From Candidatus Delongbacteria bacterium (lineage in GTDB: Bacteria; CAIWAD01), in NCBI GenBank assembly GCA_020634015.1, contig JACKCN010000001.1:659258-723257 (forward strand): DNA of 64,000 nucleotides, written 5' to 3'. Below, piece by piece: positions 1-9,165 of this stretch. The position numbers and the translations under genes were made by a program. Each line of letters begins with the position of its first letter. Position 1 is the stretch's first letter. The notes beneath the pieces were generated by a model. That model did not search any database, was not told the origin of the DNA, and saw only the letters and a list, made by a program, of their open reading frames with translations.

Positions 1-822
1 AAGTCCTTGAATGCCAGGCACTGGCTGTAGTCCAGGCGCGCCTGGGCGTCGGCCGCGGGGGGATCCCCGTCGAAGACGCTGGCGCAGATATCCGTGTTCA
101 TCGCGGCCAGGGCGATATCATAGGAGTCGGTCGCGCTGCACATCGCGAAGAGAAAACCACCCGCCTCGATGAAATCACGAATGGTGAGCGACACCGCCAG
201 CCGCATCCGTGATACCTTCTTGAAACCCAGTTCAGCGGCCAGGGCTTCCGTGGTGCGCTGCTGTTCGATGTACCAGGGCGCGGTGGCGTAGCTGCCGTAG
301 AACTTTCCGTATTGACCGGTGAAGTCCTCGTGATGCAGGTGCAGCCAGTCGTAGTCCTTGAGGTCGCCGCGCAGGACTTCTCGATCATAGACCGTGTCGT
401 ATTCGATTTCGGCGTACTTCAGTGCCATGGTCACCGCATCGTCCCAGGGCTGGCTTTCCGGCGGAGTGTAGATCGCCACCTTGGGCGCCTTCTCCAGCAG
501 GATCCGCTCCATGTTGCTGCTTTCGATCTGGGCATAGATCGTGGCCGTTTCCGCTCCGCCGATCTCGCTGTAGGTGACACCGCGCACGCGCAGTTCGCGC
601 AACAGGCCCTCGAATCCATCACAGAGGAACGCGCCACCACGGTAGTTCAGCAACCATTCGACATTCACGCCCTGGCTCAGGGTCCAATAGGCCACACCGT
701 AGGCTTTCAGGTGGTCACGCTGCGAGCTGTCCATGGGGATCAGAACCTTGGACTGCACGGAGGTGCCCAGCAGCAGGCAGATCAGCAGCAGCAGGCGACG
801 CAGCAGTCGATCCGGGATCACG
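1..822 (-). CDS. Secreted class-I glutamine-amidotransferase-like (DJ-1/ThuA-like) domain protein; the C-terminal part runs off the window edge
   Basis: My own translation of the reverse strand gives an open frame from GTG at 822 to position 1. The GTGA overlaps the stop of the upstream gene at 818-820. The N-terminus is signal-peptide-like (RRLLLLICLLLGTS) and there is a nucleophile-elbow-like segment GGFLFAMCSATDS. It is absent from the ORF track because there is no stop inside the window. Confidence 0.45.
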
Positions 823-1552
823 GAGTGTCCTTTCCGTTTCGAGCCGACGATTCCTGACCCGTGCGGGGACTCTGGCCCACATGCGCGAGTGCGGACGGTG
901 ACATGCGGCCAACGATCGCCGGAGCTTCGTGCACCAGCTCGTCATTTTCCAGGGCGGCAACCATGAAGAGGGCGAAATCCACCCGGCGTGTCCGATTGCT
1001 CCTGAGGATCGGGTCGCCCACGTGGTGACTCCAGACGGGCAACCCCTGGCTTTCCCCCTCTTCCAGATCGCTGCCACGCACGACCGTCCAGCGTGTCTGG
1101 CTGGCGAAGATCCGTCGGCAGGCCTCGACCTGGTCATTCAGGTCCACCAGGCGCAGCAGGCGCGCCATCCAGCCGAAGAACGCCACCAATCCCTTGAAGA
1201 TCGGTGAATACACATCCTGACCATCCCGTGTGATGTGCCACCCACAGGAAAAGACCAGCCGAGCGCCGGGTTCGGCGTGTTCCAGCACCGCCCGGGCGGT
1301 CCCGGTGGAGTAGCCATGCACTCCCCAGGGCACCAGCACCACCAGCACTCCATCACACGCGCGCACCGCCCGCTGGATCACGCCGGCATCATCGGTGGCA
1401 CCGGCAACGATCGTGATCTGGTCCTTCCAGGGGGCCAGTTTTTCCACACTCTGGGGTCGGCACACTCCAACGACCTCATGGCCACGATCGAGTGCATGCT
1501 GGATCATGTAGCGACCCAGTTTGCCCGATGCGCCCACAATGCAGACCTTCAT
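818..1552 (-). CDS. NAD(P)H-binding NmrA-like / atypical SDR family protein
   Basis: N-terminal Rossmann motif MKVCIVGASGKLG. The ATG overlaps the stop of the upstream TPR gene (ATGA), so it sits in an operon. Confidence 0.6.
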   Translation of the reverse strand: MKVCIVGASGKLGRYMIQHALDRGHEVVGVCRPQSVEKLAPWKDQITIVAGATDDAGVIQRAVRACDGVLVVLVPWGVHGYSTGTARAVLEHAEPGARLVFSCGWHITRDGQDVYSPIFKGLVAFFGWMARLLRLVDLNDQVEACRRIFASQTRWTVVRGSDLEEGESQGLPVWSHHVGDPILRSNRTRRVDFALFMVAALENDELVHEAPAIVGRMSPSALAHVGQSPRTGQESSARNGKDTP

Positions 1553-3384
1553 CCAGCAACCCTTTCCGTGCCCGTCTTCATGGTACCGAGTTGGCGGATC
1601 TCGCGCCGGACCTGATCCTGCAGAATGCTCTCCGGCCAGTCTTCCAGCAGGGATTCCAGAATGCGCTGCCGCTCGGCAACCGGGGCGCCCGCGCGACAGA
1701 GCACTTCGTACTCCATCCAGGTCAGTCGGTCCAGCCGGATCGACTCCCCGTGTGCCAGCCGGTAACGGGCTTGTTCGGCACGTGCCGCCTCCACCGGGAG
1801 GAAACGGCTGGCCAGAGTGCAGGCCTGCCAGTCAAGCCATTCGCGTACCCCGCTGGATCCGCGGGGTTCCGGAGTCTTCAGGGTTTCCACGGCCTGCGCC
1901 ACGTGCGTGAGCCATGCCTGCCGATCGGCGAGGGCTGCGCTCCGCACCAGCAACGAGTCGCTGCCGGCAAAGGCCAGCAGGTCCATCAGGTCAATCGCGT
2001 CGTTGAAGATCGGGTGCTGGCTTTCCTTCTGCAGAAATACGGTCAGGCCTTCGCGCGCCTGACTGAGCCGCCCGGACCACCAGGCAAGCTGGATCTGCAG
2101 AAACTCCAGCTCCACCAGAATGTCGGGCTGGTTGCGCGCGGCTTCCAGTCCCCGCACGCGCAGGGACTCGGCATCCGTGAACCGGCCTGTGCTTCCCAGC
2201 AGACGAATCTGGTACAGAATGGCGCGCAGTTCCCGGGGTCTGGTACTCAGCACCCGGTCCAGCCGTGCAATGGCCTCCTCCGCCCGATCCAGCCGCTGAT
2301 GCAGCAGTCGGGCCGCAAGCAGTTGGGCTTCCAGAGCCTGGGGTCCCGGTTCCAGCGCCAGCGTGTCGTATTCGGCCAGCGCCTCCAGCGGGCGTTCGAG
2401 TCCTTCCAGGGCCAATCCACGATCCATGCGCAGTCCCGGGTCCGTGCGTGCGGTACCTTGACGTGTCTGGATTTCGTCCAGCAGCGACAAGCCCATGGCG
2501 AAGCTTCCGTCCCCGACCGCCGCGTGCGCCAGAGTCTGCAACAGCCCCTCATCCCCCTTGGGATCCAGTTTGCCAGCGAGCTGGTGCGCCTGCTGGTAGG
2601 CTTTCTGCTGGATGCAGACTTCAAAGACCTGGCGCGCCAGCTCTTCACGCCCGCGCGCCTGTTCCTTGAGGGCGCGTGTCACCATCAGAGCCACCAGGTC
2701 GGAGTCCGGGCCGGCTTTCTCTGCCAGACGCAACAGGCGATGTCCAACCGTGTTGCGCGCATTGGAATCGTACTCGGTGACCAGACTGTATTCGTCAAAG
2801 GCCTGTGCCCAGTGTTCCTGCTGCTCGAAGGCCTGTGCCATTTCCATGGCCCAGAGCCCGGGTTTCGAGCGGGCCTTGCGCTGGCGCTCCACATAGTCAC
2901 CGGCTCGCTCGAACAGACGCTGATCCTGGAAACCGCGGAACACGATGCTGGCTTCCATTTCATCACGGGCGTTGCGCTCCATGGTCTTCCAGATGGCATC
3001 CGCTCTGTCGCTCTCGCCCATGCGATTCAGAGCACCCGCAATCCGGGAGGCCGTATTGAGACTCTGGAACCCGGTGAAATCCGCGGGCCAGCCGGGAATG
3101 GTCGCTTCCAGCAGTGCGATGCTCCGGTTGGCCTCGTCGTCCAGGCGCAATTGCACCTGCAGGTCCAGCAGGATCTGAAGATTGCTGGGTTGAGGATCCT
3201 GGGCAACCACCTGCCGCATCAGGTCAAGCGCGGATTGGTATTCGCCCATGCTCTGAAGCTGCATGGCCTGCTGGCGCAGCCGATCCCGGGCCGGACCCGC
3301 CACAATGGTCTGTGCCAGGGCAGTCCCGGCGCAAAGAGCCAACAGGATCAACACCAGGGCGGAATTGCGTTTGCCAGGGGACAC
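1549..3384 (-). CDS. TPR-repeat protein with N-terminal signal peptide
   Basis: 650-aa open frame with repeated TPR-like helical segments. A GTG at 3384 is preceded by GGAG and gives a signal peptide SPGKRNSALVLILLALCAGTALAQ; the frame stays open up to 3501. Confidence 0.55.
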   Translation of the reverse strand: MSPGKRNSALVLILLALCAGTALAQTIVAGPARDRLRQQAMQLQSMGEYQSALDLMRQVVAQDPQPSNLQILLDLQVQLRLDDEANRSIALLEATIPGWPADFTGFQSLNTASRIAGALNRMGESDRADAIWKTMERNARDEMEASIVFRGFQDQRLFERAGDYVERQRKARSKPGLWAMEMAQAFEQQEHWAQAFDEYSLVTEYDSNARNTVGHRLLRLAEKAGPDSDLVALMVTRALKEQARGREELARQVFEVCIQQKAYQQAHQLAGKLDPKGDEGLLQTLAHAAVGDGSFAMGLSLLDEIQTRQGTARTDPGLRMDRGLALEGLERPLEALAEYDTLALEPGPQALEAQLLAARLLHQRLDRAEEAIARLDRVLSTRPRELRAILYQIRLLGSTGRFTDAESLRVRGLEAARNQPDILVELEFLQIQLAWWSGRLSQAREGLTVFLQKESQHPIFNDAIDLMDLLAFAGSDSLLVRSAALADRQAWLTHVAQAVETLKTPEPRGSSGVREWLDWQACTLASRFLPVEAARAEQARYRLAHGESIRLDRLTWMEYEVLCRAGAPVAERQRILESLLEDWPESILQDQVRREIRQLGTMKTGTERVAG

Positions 3385-3604
3385 GTGTGTAACTCCAGGT
3401 GATGGGGCTGCGCGGGGGCGAAACCCGGGCAAGGTCCTGTGGATCGGGTTCGGCATTCCCGCTGGGTCGGCCTCACCTGCCGGATCCGCCCGTGCAGGCA
3501 CTCAATGAGGCGTAGGCTCCGCATACACGCAAGCGGCTTCCGGAAGCCGTACTCGGACATCCCTGTCAGACGGTGTTCCAGCCGCTTTCGATCCTGGCCC
3601 CCGC

Positions 3605-4009
3605 ATGACCGGAATTGAACAAACTTCAAGAAAAGAGTTGGGGTTCCTTAGCCCACAAAGTGTTATTATTGCTGACCTTATTGGCATGGACGATTGTGGT
3701 ACATGGTTTGCTGGTTACAAGGCCAATCCAGGAACAGGGATGAAGCCAAACGAGCTACACGAATATCAGACGGTCGCCGACGCATTGATCCGGTTGAACC
3801 GCGCAGCGAGCACTTTGTTGAAACATGGTGCGAACCCCGAAGCGATCAAGATGATCCTCACGGGAACTGCTCAGTTGTTTTCGGAACTGGAAGATCGCAT
3901 GTCGCGCAGCCTGTCCCCAGAGGACCAGAAATCGGTCCAACTTCACTTTCCCACGGACAGTGAAGCGGGGTTCCACATCGGCGATTCCGGCGCGGAAAGC
4001 GAAGCCTGA
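3605..4009 (+). CDS. Hypothetical small protein (start uncertain, possibly ATG 3739)
   Basis: ORF in a locally AT-richer patch (3620-3770). No recognisable domain. Confidence 0.3.
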   Translation: MTGIEQTSRKELGFLSPQSVIIADLIGMDDCGTWFAGYKANPGTGMKPNELHEYQTVADALIRLNRAASTLLKHGANPEAIKMILTGTAQLFSELEDRMSRSLSPEDQKSVQLHFPTDSEAGFHIGDSGAESEA

Positions 4010-4115
4010 ATCCAGCCGCGCTGCGGCACTGCGCCTTCCTTGCTGACCACGCGCCCTTCCTTTCCCACCAGTCCTCCAGATTTCCCCCTGCCCGGAAAGT
4101 CCGGCTTCTGACATG

Positions 4116-5480
4116 TCAGCCATTGTGGCCATTGCGATAGGAGTAGCGCATCATCGCGTTGCAGCGCGCAATGGCCTGTCCCCCGAATTCTCCCCGGATC
4201 CGGTCGATGGCACGATCCACCGCACGCTCCCGCTCGGGAGCCACCTCGGACAGCAGATCGCCCTGGACCCACTGGCTGCGGCTCGCCTGGACCAGGCCGC
4301 TCACCGAGACCCCGATCAGTCGCAGGGACTCACCCTCATGCCAGTTGTTCTGCAATAGGTGCATCGCCCGATCGAAGATCACCCGATCCCGGTCGGTGGC
4401 CGCGGGCAATGCCGTCTGTCGGCTGCTGGTGACGAACCCCGAGCTGCGCAGGCGCAGGGTCACGACCTTGCCCAGCCATCCGCCCGCGCGCATGCGCCCG
4501 CCCACCTTCTCGCAGAGATGCAGCAGTTCGGAACTGATCGCAGGCAGGCTGTGCTGGTCGCGCCCGAAGGTGCGCTCCTGTCCCACGGACTTCTCTTCAC
4601 GCCGGTAACCGAAGGGCTTGACCACCCGGCTGCCCACTCCCAGCGAGAGCTGCTTGAGATTGTGTCCCATGTGGGGACCGAAGCGGCGCACCAGCACCTC
4701 CTCGGGATAGGCGGCCAGCTCGCCCAGGGTGTGGATGCCAAGGCGATTGAGTGACGCCGTGGCCGCCTCGCCAATGCCGTGCATCTTCTGCACGGGCATG
4801 GGCGCGAGCACGGCAGGAGCCGCTTCGGAACTGAGCACATAGATGCCCGCCGGCTTGCGCATCTTGGAGGCCATCTTGGCCAGCAGGCGGTTGGAACCGA
4901 TGCCGATCGAGCAACTCAGCCCCAGCTCGTCCCGCACGCTTTTCTGGATGGCCAGGGCGATGTCCACCGAGCGCCCCTGGACACGATGGCAGCGGCTCAC
5001 ATTCAGGAAGGCCTCGTCGATGCTCACCGGTTCCAGCTCGGGACTGAAGCGGCGCAGCAGGTCCATCACCTCCAGCGAGGCCGAACCGTATTTGCCGTGT
5101 GACCCGGACAGGAAAATGCCGTCGGGGCAGAGGCGCCAGGCTTCGGCCAGCGGCATGCCCGAGCGTACTCCAAAGGCACGGGCTTCGTAGGAACAGGTGG
5201 TGACGACTCCACGCGGACTCACACGCGCCTCGCCGGGGGCCAGACGGTCGACCACTCCTCCGATGATCAGGGCCTTGCCCCGCAATGCGGGATTGTCACG
5301 TTGTTCCACGGCCGCGAAGAATGCGTCCATGTCAATGTGGAGGATCGAGGGCTCTTCCTCCGGGTCCGGCTCCGGCAGGGCCGGGGCCGTGGCGTCCTGA
5401 CCCGAGGGCAGGGTTTCGCCCTGCAGGTCACGAAAGCGCTCGTAGAGTTTCTCCGTCCAGCCATCGGGTGCGAAGGCCAT
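4116..5480 (-). CDS. dinB: DNA polymerase IV (Y-family translesion polymerase)
   Basis: HIDMDAFFAAVEQRDNPALRGKALIIGG and downstream Y-family motifs. It has an N-terminal extension of about 40 aa, and the frame is open further upstream to 5801. Confidence 0.85.
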   Translation of the reverse strand: MAFAPDGWTEKLYERFRDLQGETLPSGQDATAPALPEPDPEEEPSILHIDMDAFFAAVEQRDNPALRGKALIIGGVVDRLAPGEARVSPRGVVTTCSYEARAFGVRSGMPLAEAWRLCPDGIFLSGSHGKYGSASLEVMDLLRRFSPELEPVSIDEAFLNVSRCHRVQGRSVDIALAIQKSVRDELGLSCSIGIGSNRLLAKMASKMRKPAGIYVLSSEAAPAVLAPMPVQKMHGIGEAATASLNRLGIHTLGELAAYPEEVLVRRFGPHMGHNLKQLSLGVGSRVVKPFGYRREEKSVGQERTFGRDQHSLPAISSELLHLCEKVGGRMRAGGWLGKVVTLRLRSSGFVTSSRQTALPAATDRDRVIFDRAMHLLQNNWHEGESLRLIGVSVSGLVQASRSQWVQGDLLSEVAPERERAVDRAIDRIRGEFGGQAIARCNAMMRYSYRNGHNG

Positions 5481-5506
5481 GGCCGCCGTCCTTCCTCCTG
5501 GCCCGC

Positions 5507-5785
5507 TCAGCCCACCAGGCAGACGCGGGAGAGTTCCCAGCCCAGGGTATCCAGCGAGAAACAGAGTTCGTAGACATCGTCGCCTTCGGCGCACACGGAA
5601 TAGTGCAGGCGGCGCTGGGTGCCCAGGTCGCTGACCCAGCCCCCGTTGACCTGGGACACGCGGTAGACGGAATTCTTCCAGCGAAAGCGCAGGGGACGCT
5701 GGCGTCCGTTCTGGAACAGGCTGATCACCTCGATGGGGTCGCCGATCTGTTCGTATCTCATCTTGCCTTCCATGCGCCCCCGCAA
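5507..5785 (-). CDS. Small uncharacterised protein encoded between lexA and dinB
   Basis: 92-codon ORF, 13 nt after the lexA stop and 24 nt before the dinB ATG. I recognise no motif (RPLRFRWKNSVYRVSQVNGGW). Its context is an SOS operon. Confidence 0.45.
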   Translation of the reverse strand: MRGRMEGKMRYEQIGDPIEVISLFQNGRQRPLRFRWKNSVYRVSQVNGGWVSDLGTQRRLHYSVCAEGDDVYELCFSLDTLGWELSRVCLVG

Positions 5786-5797
5786 GCGGGGGCGGTC

Positions 5798-6433
5798 TCA
5801 ATAACTGCGCATCAGCCCGATGACCTTGCCCGCGATCCGGAACTCGGGGGAACGGCGATCCACCAGGATCGGCTCGTAGCGCTCGTTGGCCGGTTGCAGG
5901 CGCACGCGCTCCCCTTCCGGGAAATAGAACTTGACCGTGGCCTCCTCGTCGAGGATGGCCACCACCATGTCGCCCGTCATGGCGCTCTCCTGGGAACGGG
6001 CGATGACCAGGTCCCCGTCGAGAATGCCCGCCCCGATCATGCTGTCGCCGCGCACGTGCAGGGCAAAACTGTCGCGGTGATCGATCAGCTCGGAGTCGAC
6101 CTGGACATAGCGCTCGAGGTTGCCCGTGGCCAGAATCGGTTCGCCGGCGGCCACGCGCCCCAGCAGGGGAATGGCATGGCTGTCCGAGCCTTCGGTGAGC
6201 GCCATGGCCTCCATGGTCAGTTCCAGGCTGCGCGCCTTGTTGGCCCGGCGCTGCAGGTAACCCTTGCTCTCCAGGGCGTCCAGCAGGGCCTTGACCCCGT
6301 TGGTGGAGCGGATGTCGAAATGCTCGCCCAGTTCGCGGTAGCTGGGAGGCGCGCCCCGGCTCTCGAGCTGCTCGCGCAGGTAGCGCAGCACATCCTCCTG
6401 GCGGCTGGTGAGATTGCGGTTGAAACTGCTCAT
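5798..6433 (-). CDS. lexA: LexA repressor (S24 peptidase, SOS regulator)
   Basis: N-terminal wHTH, cleavage-site region VAAGEP, and catalytic Ser/Lys-containing C-terminal domain (GDSMIGAGI ... VIARSQ). Confidence 0.9.
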   Translation of the reverse strand: MSSFNRNLTSRQEDVLRYLREQLESRGAPPSYRELGEHFDIRSTNGVKALLDALESKGYLQRRANKARSLELTMEAMALTEGSDSHAIPLLGRVAAGEPILATGNLERYVQVDSELIDHRDSFALHVRGDSMIGAGILDGDLVIARSQESAMTGDMVVAILDEEATVKFYFPEGERVRLQPANERYEPILVDRRSPEFRIAGKVIGLMRSY

Positions 6434-6500
6434 CCGGGTCCTCCTGGCAGGTGGCGTCCGCGTCCCGGTTGAAGCTGAAATCCCGGGGGCGTCATTTTTT

Positions 6501-6535
6501 GTTCAGTATTTTATGAACACTTGTTCAGTGCTGCA
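6501..6535. promoter_or_regulatory. Candidate LexA operator(s): GAAC-N4-GTTC (Cheo-type) box overlapping a GTTC-N10-GAAC palindrome
   Basis: TTTTTTGTTCAGTATTTTATGAACACTTGTTCAGTG. GAACACTTGTTC lies at 6515-6526, about 80 nt upstream of the lexA start (6433, minus strand) and about 145 nt upstream of the divergent DUF4287 gene. Confidence 0.5.
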
Positions 6536-6669
6536 AGGAAAAAGTCGCGCCCGGATGGCCGCCGCTTCCCGCGGGCATCCGCGGGAAGCGGCGGAGGGAA
6601 GTTTTTCCTCGCGCCCAGCGCCGGCAATGGCGATTTTTCCACCCCACAGCAACACAGGAGAGACATGCC

Positions 6670-7263
6670 ATGAACGCCCTGGACAAGGCTCTGGCCACCC
6701 AACTGGCCAACATCGAGACCCGCAGCGGCAGGACGCTGTCCCAGCTTCACCAACTGATCCAGCGCAGCGGGCTGGAAAAACACGGCCAGATCCGCGACAT
6801 GCTGAAAGGCGAGCTGGGGCTGGGCCATGGCGACGCCAATACTCTGGCCCACATGGCGCTCAACAGCCCGGAACGGCTGGTGTCGGTCTCCGCGGCCAGC
6901 GCCCCTTCTGTGGAACAGGACCTGGAGGCGGTGCTGGACGGACTGTATTCGGGCCCGAAATCCGCCCTGCGCCCGTTGCACGAGGCGCTGATGCGGCAGA
7001 TCAATCAATTCGGACCCTTTGAGATCGCGCCCAAAAAGACCTACATAAGTCTCCGTCGGGCCAAGCAGTTCGCCATGGTCGGCCCGGCCACCAGGACCCA
7101 GGTGGAAGTGGGACTGAATTGCCGGACGCTCTCCGGCGGGGAACGGCTGAAGGTCCAGAAGCCGGGCGGCATGTGTTCGCACACGGTGCGACTGAGCGGC
7201 CCGGAGGACGTGGATGGGGAGCTGCTGGGCTGGATTCGCCAGGCCTTCGACACGGCCGGTTGA
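6670..7263 (+). CDS. DUF4287 / DUF5655 domain protein
   Basis: N-terminal ANIETRSGRTLSQLHQLIQRSGLEKHGQIRDMLKGELGLGHGDANTLAH matches the DUF4287 pattern. AGGAGA RBS present. Confidence 0.65.
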   Translation: MNALDKALATQLANIETRSGRTLSQLHQLIQRSGLEKHGQIRDMLKGELGLGHGDANTLAHMALNSPERLVSVSAASAPSVEQDLEAVLDGLYSGPKSALRPLHEALMRQINQFGPFEIAPKKTYISLRRAKQFAMVGPATRTQVEVGLNCRTLSGGERLKVQKPGGMCSHTVRLSGPEDVDGELLGWIRQAFDTAG

Positions 7264-7319
7264 TCCCGCGGCGGACGGTGGGTGGTGCAGGAACCGATGT
7301 TCCAGAAAGGAAGACCGGA

Positions 7320-7919
7320 ATGAAAAAGGGGTGGATCATCCTGTTGGGTGTGGTCGCGTTCATCGTGATCGTGGTCATGATGCTGATGTCCAGCTACAAC
7401 GGATTCGTCGCCAAGGACGAGGCCGTGACCAGCCAGTGGGGCAATGTGGAGACCGTGTACCAGCGCCGTGCGGACCTGATTCCCAACCTGGTGGAGACGG
7501 TCAAGGGCTATGCGGCCCACGAGCAGGAAACCCTGCAGGGCGTGGTCGAGGCGCGCGCCAAGGCCACCCAGATGCAGGCCCAGCTCACGCCCGAAACCCT
7601 CAATGATCCGGCGATGATGCAGAAGTTCCAGGCCGCCCAGGGGCAGCTCAGTTCCGCACTCGGTCGCCTGATGGTGATCGTGGAACAATACCCGGACCTG
7701 AAGGCCAACCAGAACTTCCTGGACCTGCAGGCCCAGCTCGAAGGCACCGAGAACCGCATCGCGGTGGAACGCCGACGCTACAATGAAATGGCCCAGGCCT
7801 ACAACACGGCCATCCGGCGCTTCCCGGGTGCCATGATCGCCAGCCTGACCGGCTTCGAGAAGCATGCGTACTTCGAAGCGGCCGAAGGCTCGGAACAGGC
7901 CCCCGCGGTGAAGTTCTGA
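7320..7919 (+). CDS. lemA: LemA family protein
   Basis: N-terminal TM segment, then the LemA-type sequence NGFVAKDEAVTSQWGNVETVYQRRADLIPNLVETVKGYAAHE. RBS AAAGGAAG. Confidence 0.85.
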   Translation: MKKGWIILLGVVAFIVIVVMMLMSSYNGFVAKDEAVTSQWGNVETVYQRRADLIPNLVETVKGYAAHEQETLQGVVEARAKATQMQAQLTPETLNDPAMMQKFQAAQGQLSSALGRLMVIVEQYPDLKANQNFLDLQAQLEGTENRIAVERRRYNEMAQAYNTAIRRFPGAMIASLTGFEKHAYFEAAEGSEQAPAVKF

Positions 7920-7936
7920 ACGGAACGGGGGTCTTC

Positions 7937-8689
7937 GTGCGCACGATTCATGCACGCTGCCTGATGCTCCTGGGCCTGCTGCTGATGCTGGCAGGCCCGG
8001 GTCCGGCCGCGCTCCCCCGGGTGCCGGCCAAGCACTTTTCCGACCAGGTGGGCCTGGTCAGCCGGGCCCAGGCCGATCTGCTGGCCAATGAGCTCTACGA
8101 GTTCGAACAGCGCACGAAGATCCAGTTCGTGATCGCCATTCTGCCCGAACTGGAGGGCGAGCTCGAGGACTTCGCCTCGAGCGTCTACGAGCACTGGGGC
8201 CTGGGCACCAAGGGCGACTACCGCGGGGTGCTCTTCCTGGTCTTCCCCGCCCAGGGCAAGTCCCGGCTGGAAGTGGGCTATGGTCTCGAGGAGGCCCTGC
8301 CCGACGTGATCGCCAACCGCATCCTCCAGGAAATGCAGGAGCTGCCCCGTGATCCGGCCATCGGCCGTTTCGCCCTGGTGATGCAGCGGGTGGCCCAGCG
8401 TGTGGCCCCCGACGATCCGCTGGCCCAGGGCCTGACCCAGGCGCCGCGTACGACATCCCGCAAGGGCAAGTCTTCCGGACTGCTGGGGCTGCTGATTCCC
8501 CTGATCATTCTCTACCTGATCTTCGGACGCAACCGCCGGGATGCGGGTCTGTTCGTGCTGGGCATGCTGATGAACTCGGGTGGCCGGGGCGGAGGCTTCG
8601 GTGGCGGAGGAGGATTCGGCGGCGGCGGGGGTGGCTTCTCTGGAGGCGGAGGTTTCTCGGGTGGCGGTGGTGCAAGCGGAGGGTGGTGA
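7937..8689 (+). CDS. TPM-domain (YgcG-like) membrane protein with Gly-rich C-terminal tail
   Basis: It follows lemA. Contains a TPM phosphatase-like domain, a TM segment, and a GGGFGGGGGF tail. Confidence 0.75.
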   Translation: MRTIHARCLMLLGLLLMLAGPGPAALPRVPAKHFSDQVGLVSRAQADLLANELYEFEQRTKIQFVIAILPELEGELEDFASSVYEHWGLGTKGDYRGVLFLVFPAQGKSRLEVGYGLEEALPDVIANRILQEMQELPRDPAIGRFALVMQRVAQRVAPDDPLAQGLTQAPRTTSRKGKSSGLLGLLIPLIILYLIFGRNRRDAGLFVLGMLMNSGGRGGGFGGGGGFGGGGGGFSGGGGFSGGGGASGGW

Positions 8690-9150
8690 GCATGGGCCGA
8701 CGTCTGACAGCGAGCGGCTTCCTCAGTCAGGAGGAGCAGGACCGGATCAAGGCCGCCATCGCGGCCACTGAAGCCGCCTGCAGCGCCGAAGTGCGGCTCT
8801 GTCTGGAAACCGCCCTGCCCAAGGAAACCCAGGACCCCGAACTGCGGGCACGGCAGGTTTTCGAGCAACTGGGCATGCACGCCACCGAGGCACACAACGG
8901 GGTGCTGTTCTATCTGGCGGTCAAATCCCGACGCTTTGCCGTGCTCGGTGACGAAGACCTGCACCGCCGCGTGGGCGAGGGGTTCTGGCAGGACGTGATC
9001 GCCGGCATGACCGGGCATTTCCGCGAGGACCGTTTTGGCGACGGCCTTTGCGCGGGCATTGCCCAGGTGGGAGAGCGGCTGGCCGAGTATTATCCCTACA
9101 TGCCCGATGACCGCAACGAACTGAGCGACGAGATCGACTTCAAGGACTGA
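8683..9150 (+). CDS. TPM-domain protein (second of the LemA-TPM-TPM trio)
   Basis: LSQEEQDRIKAAIAATEAACSAEVRLCLE ... GVLFYLAVKSRRFAVLGDEDLHRRV is typical of TPM domains. Confidence 0.7.
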   Translation: MVSMGRRLTASGFLSQEEQDRIKAAIAATEAACSAEVRLCLETALPKETQDPELRARQVFEQLGMHATEAHNGVLFYLAVKSRRFAVLGDEDLHRRVGEGFWQDVIAGMTGHFREDRFGDGLCAGIAQVGERLAEYYPYMPDDRNELSDEIDFKD

Positions 9151-9165
9151 GCGCCGCTCCCCGGA

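Noticed and set aside
1492-3402. 636-aa + ORF
   Set aside because: It is antisense to the TPR gene (which has a signal peptide and operon context). It is low-complexity and Arg/Gly-rich, typical of antisense ORFs in GC-rich DNA.
7041-7955. 304-aa minus ORF overlapping lemA
   Set aside because: LemA on the + strand has a TM segment, RBS and family motifs. The minus ORF is low-complexity antisense.
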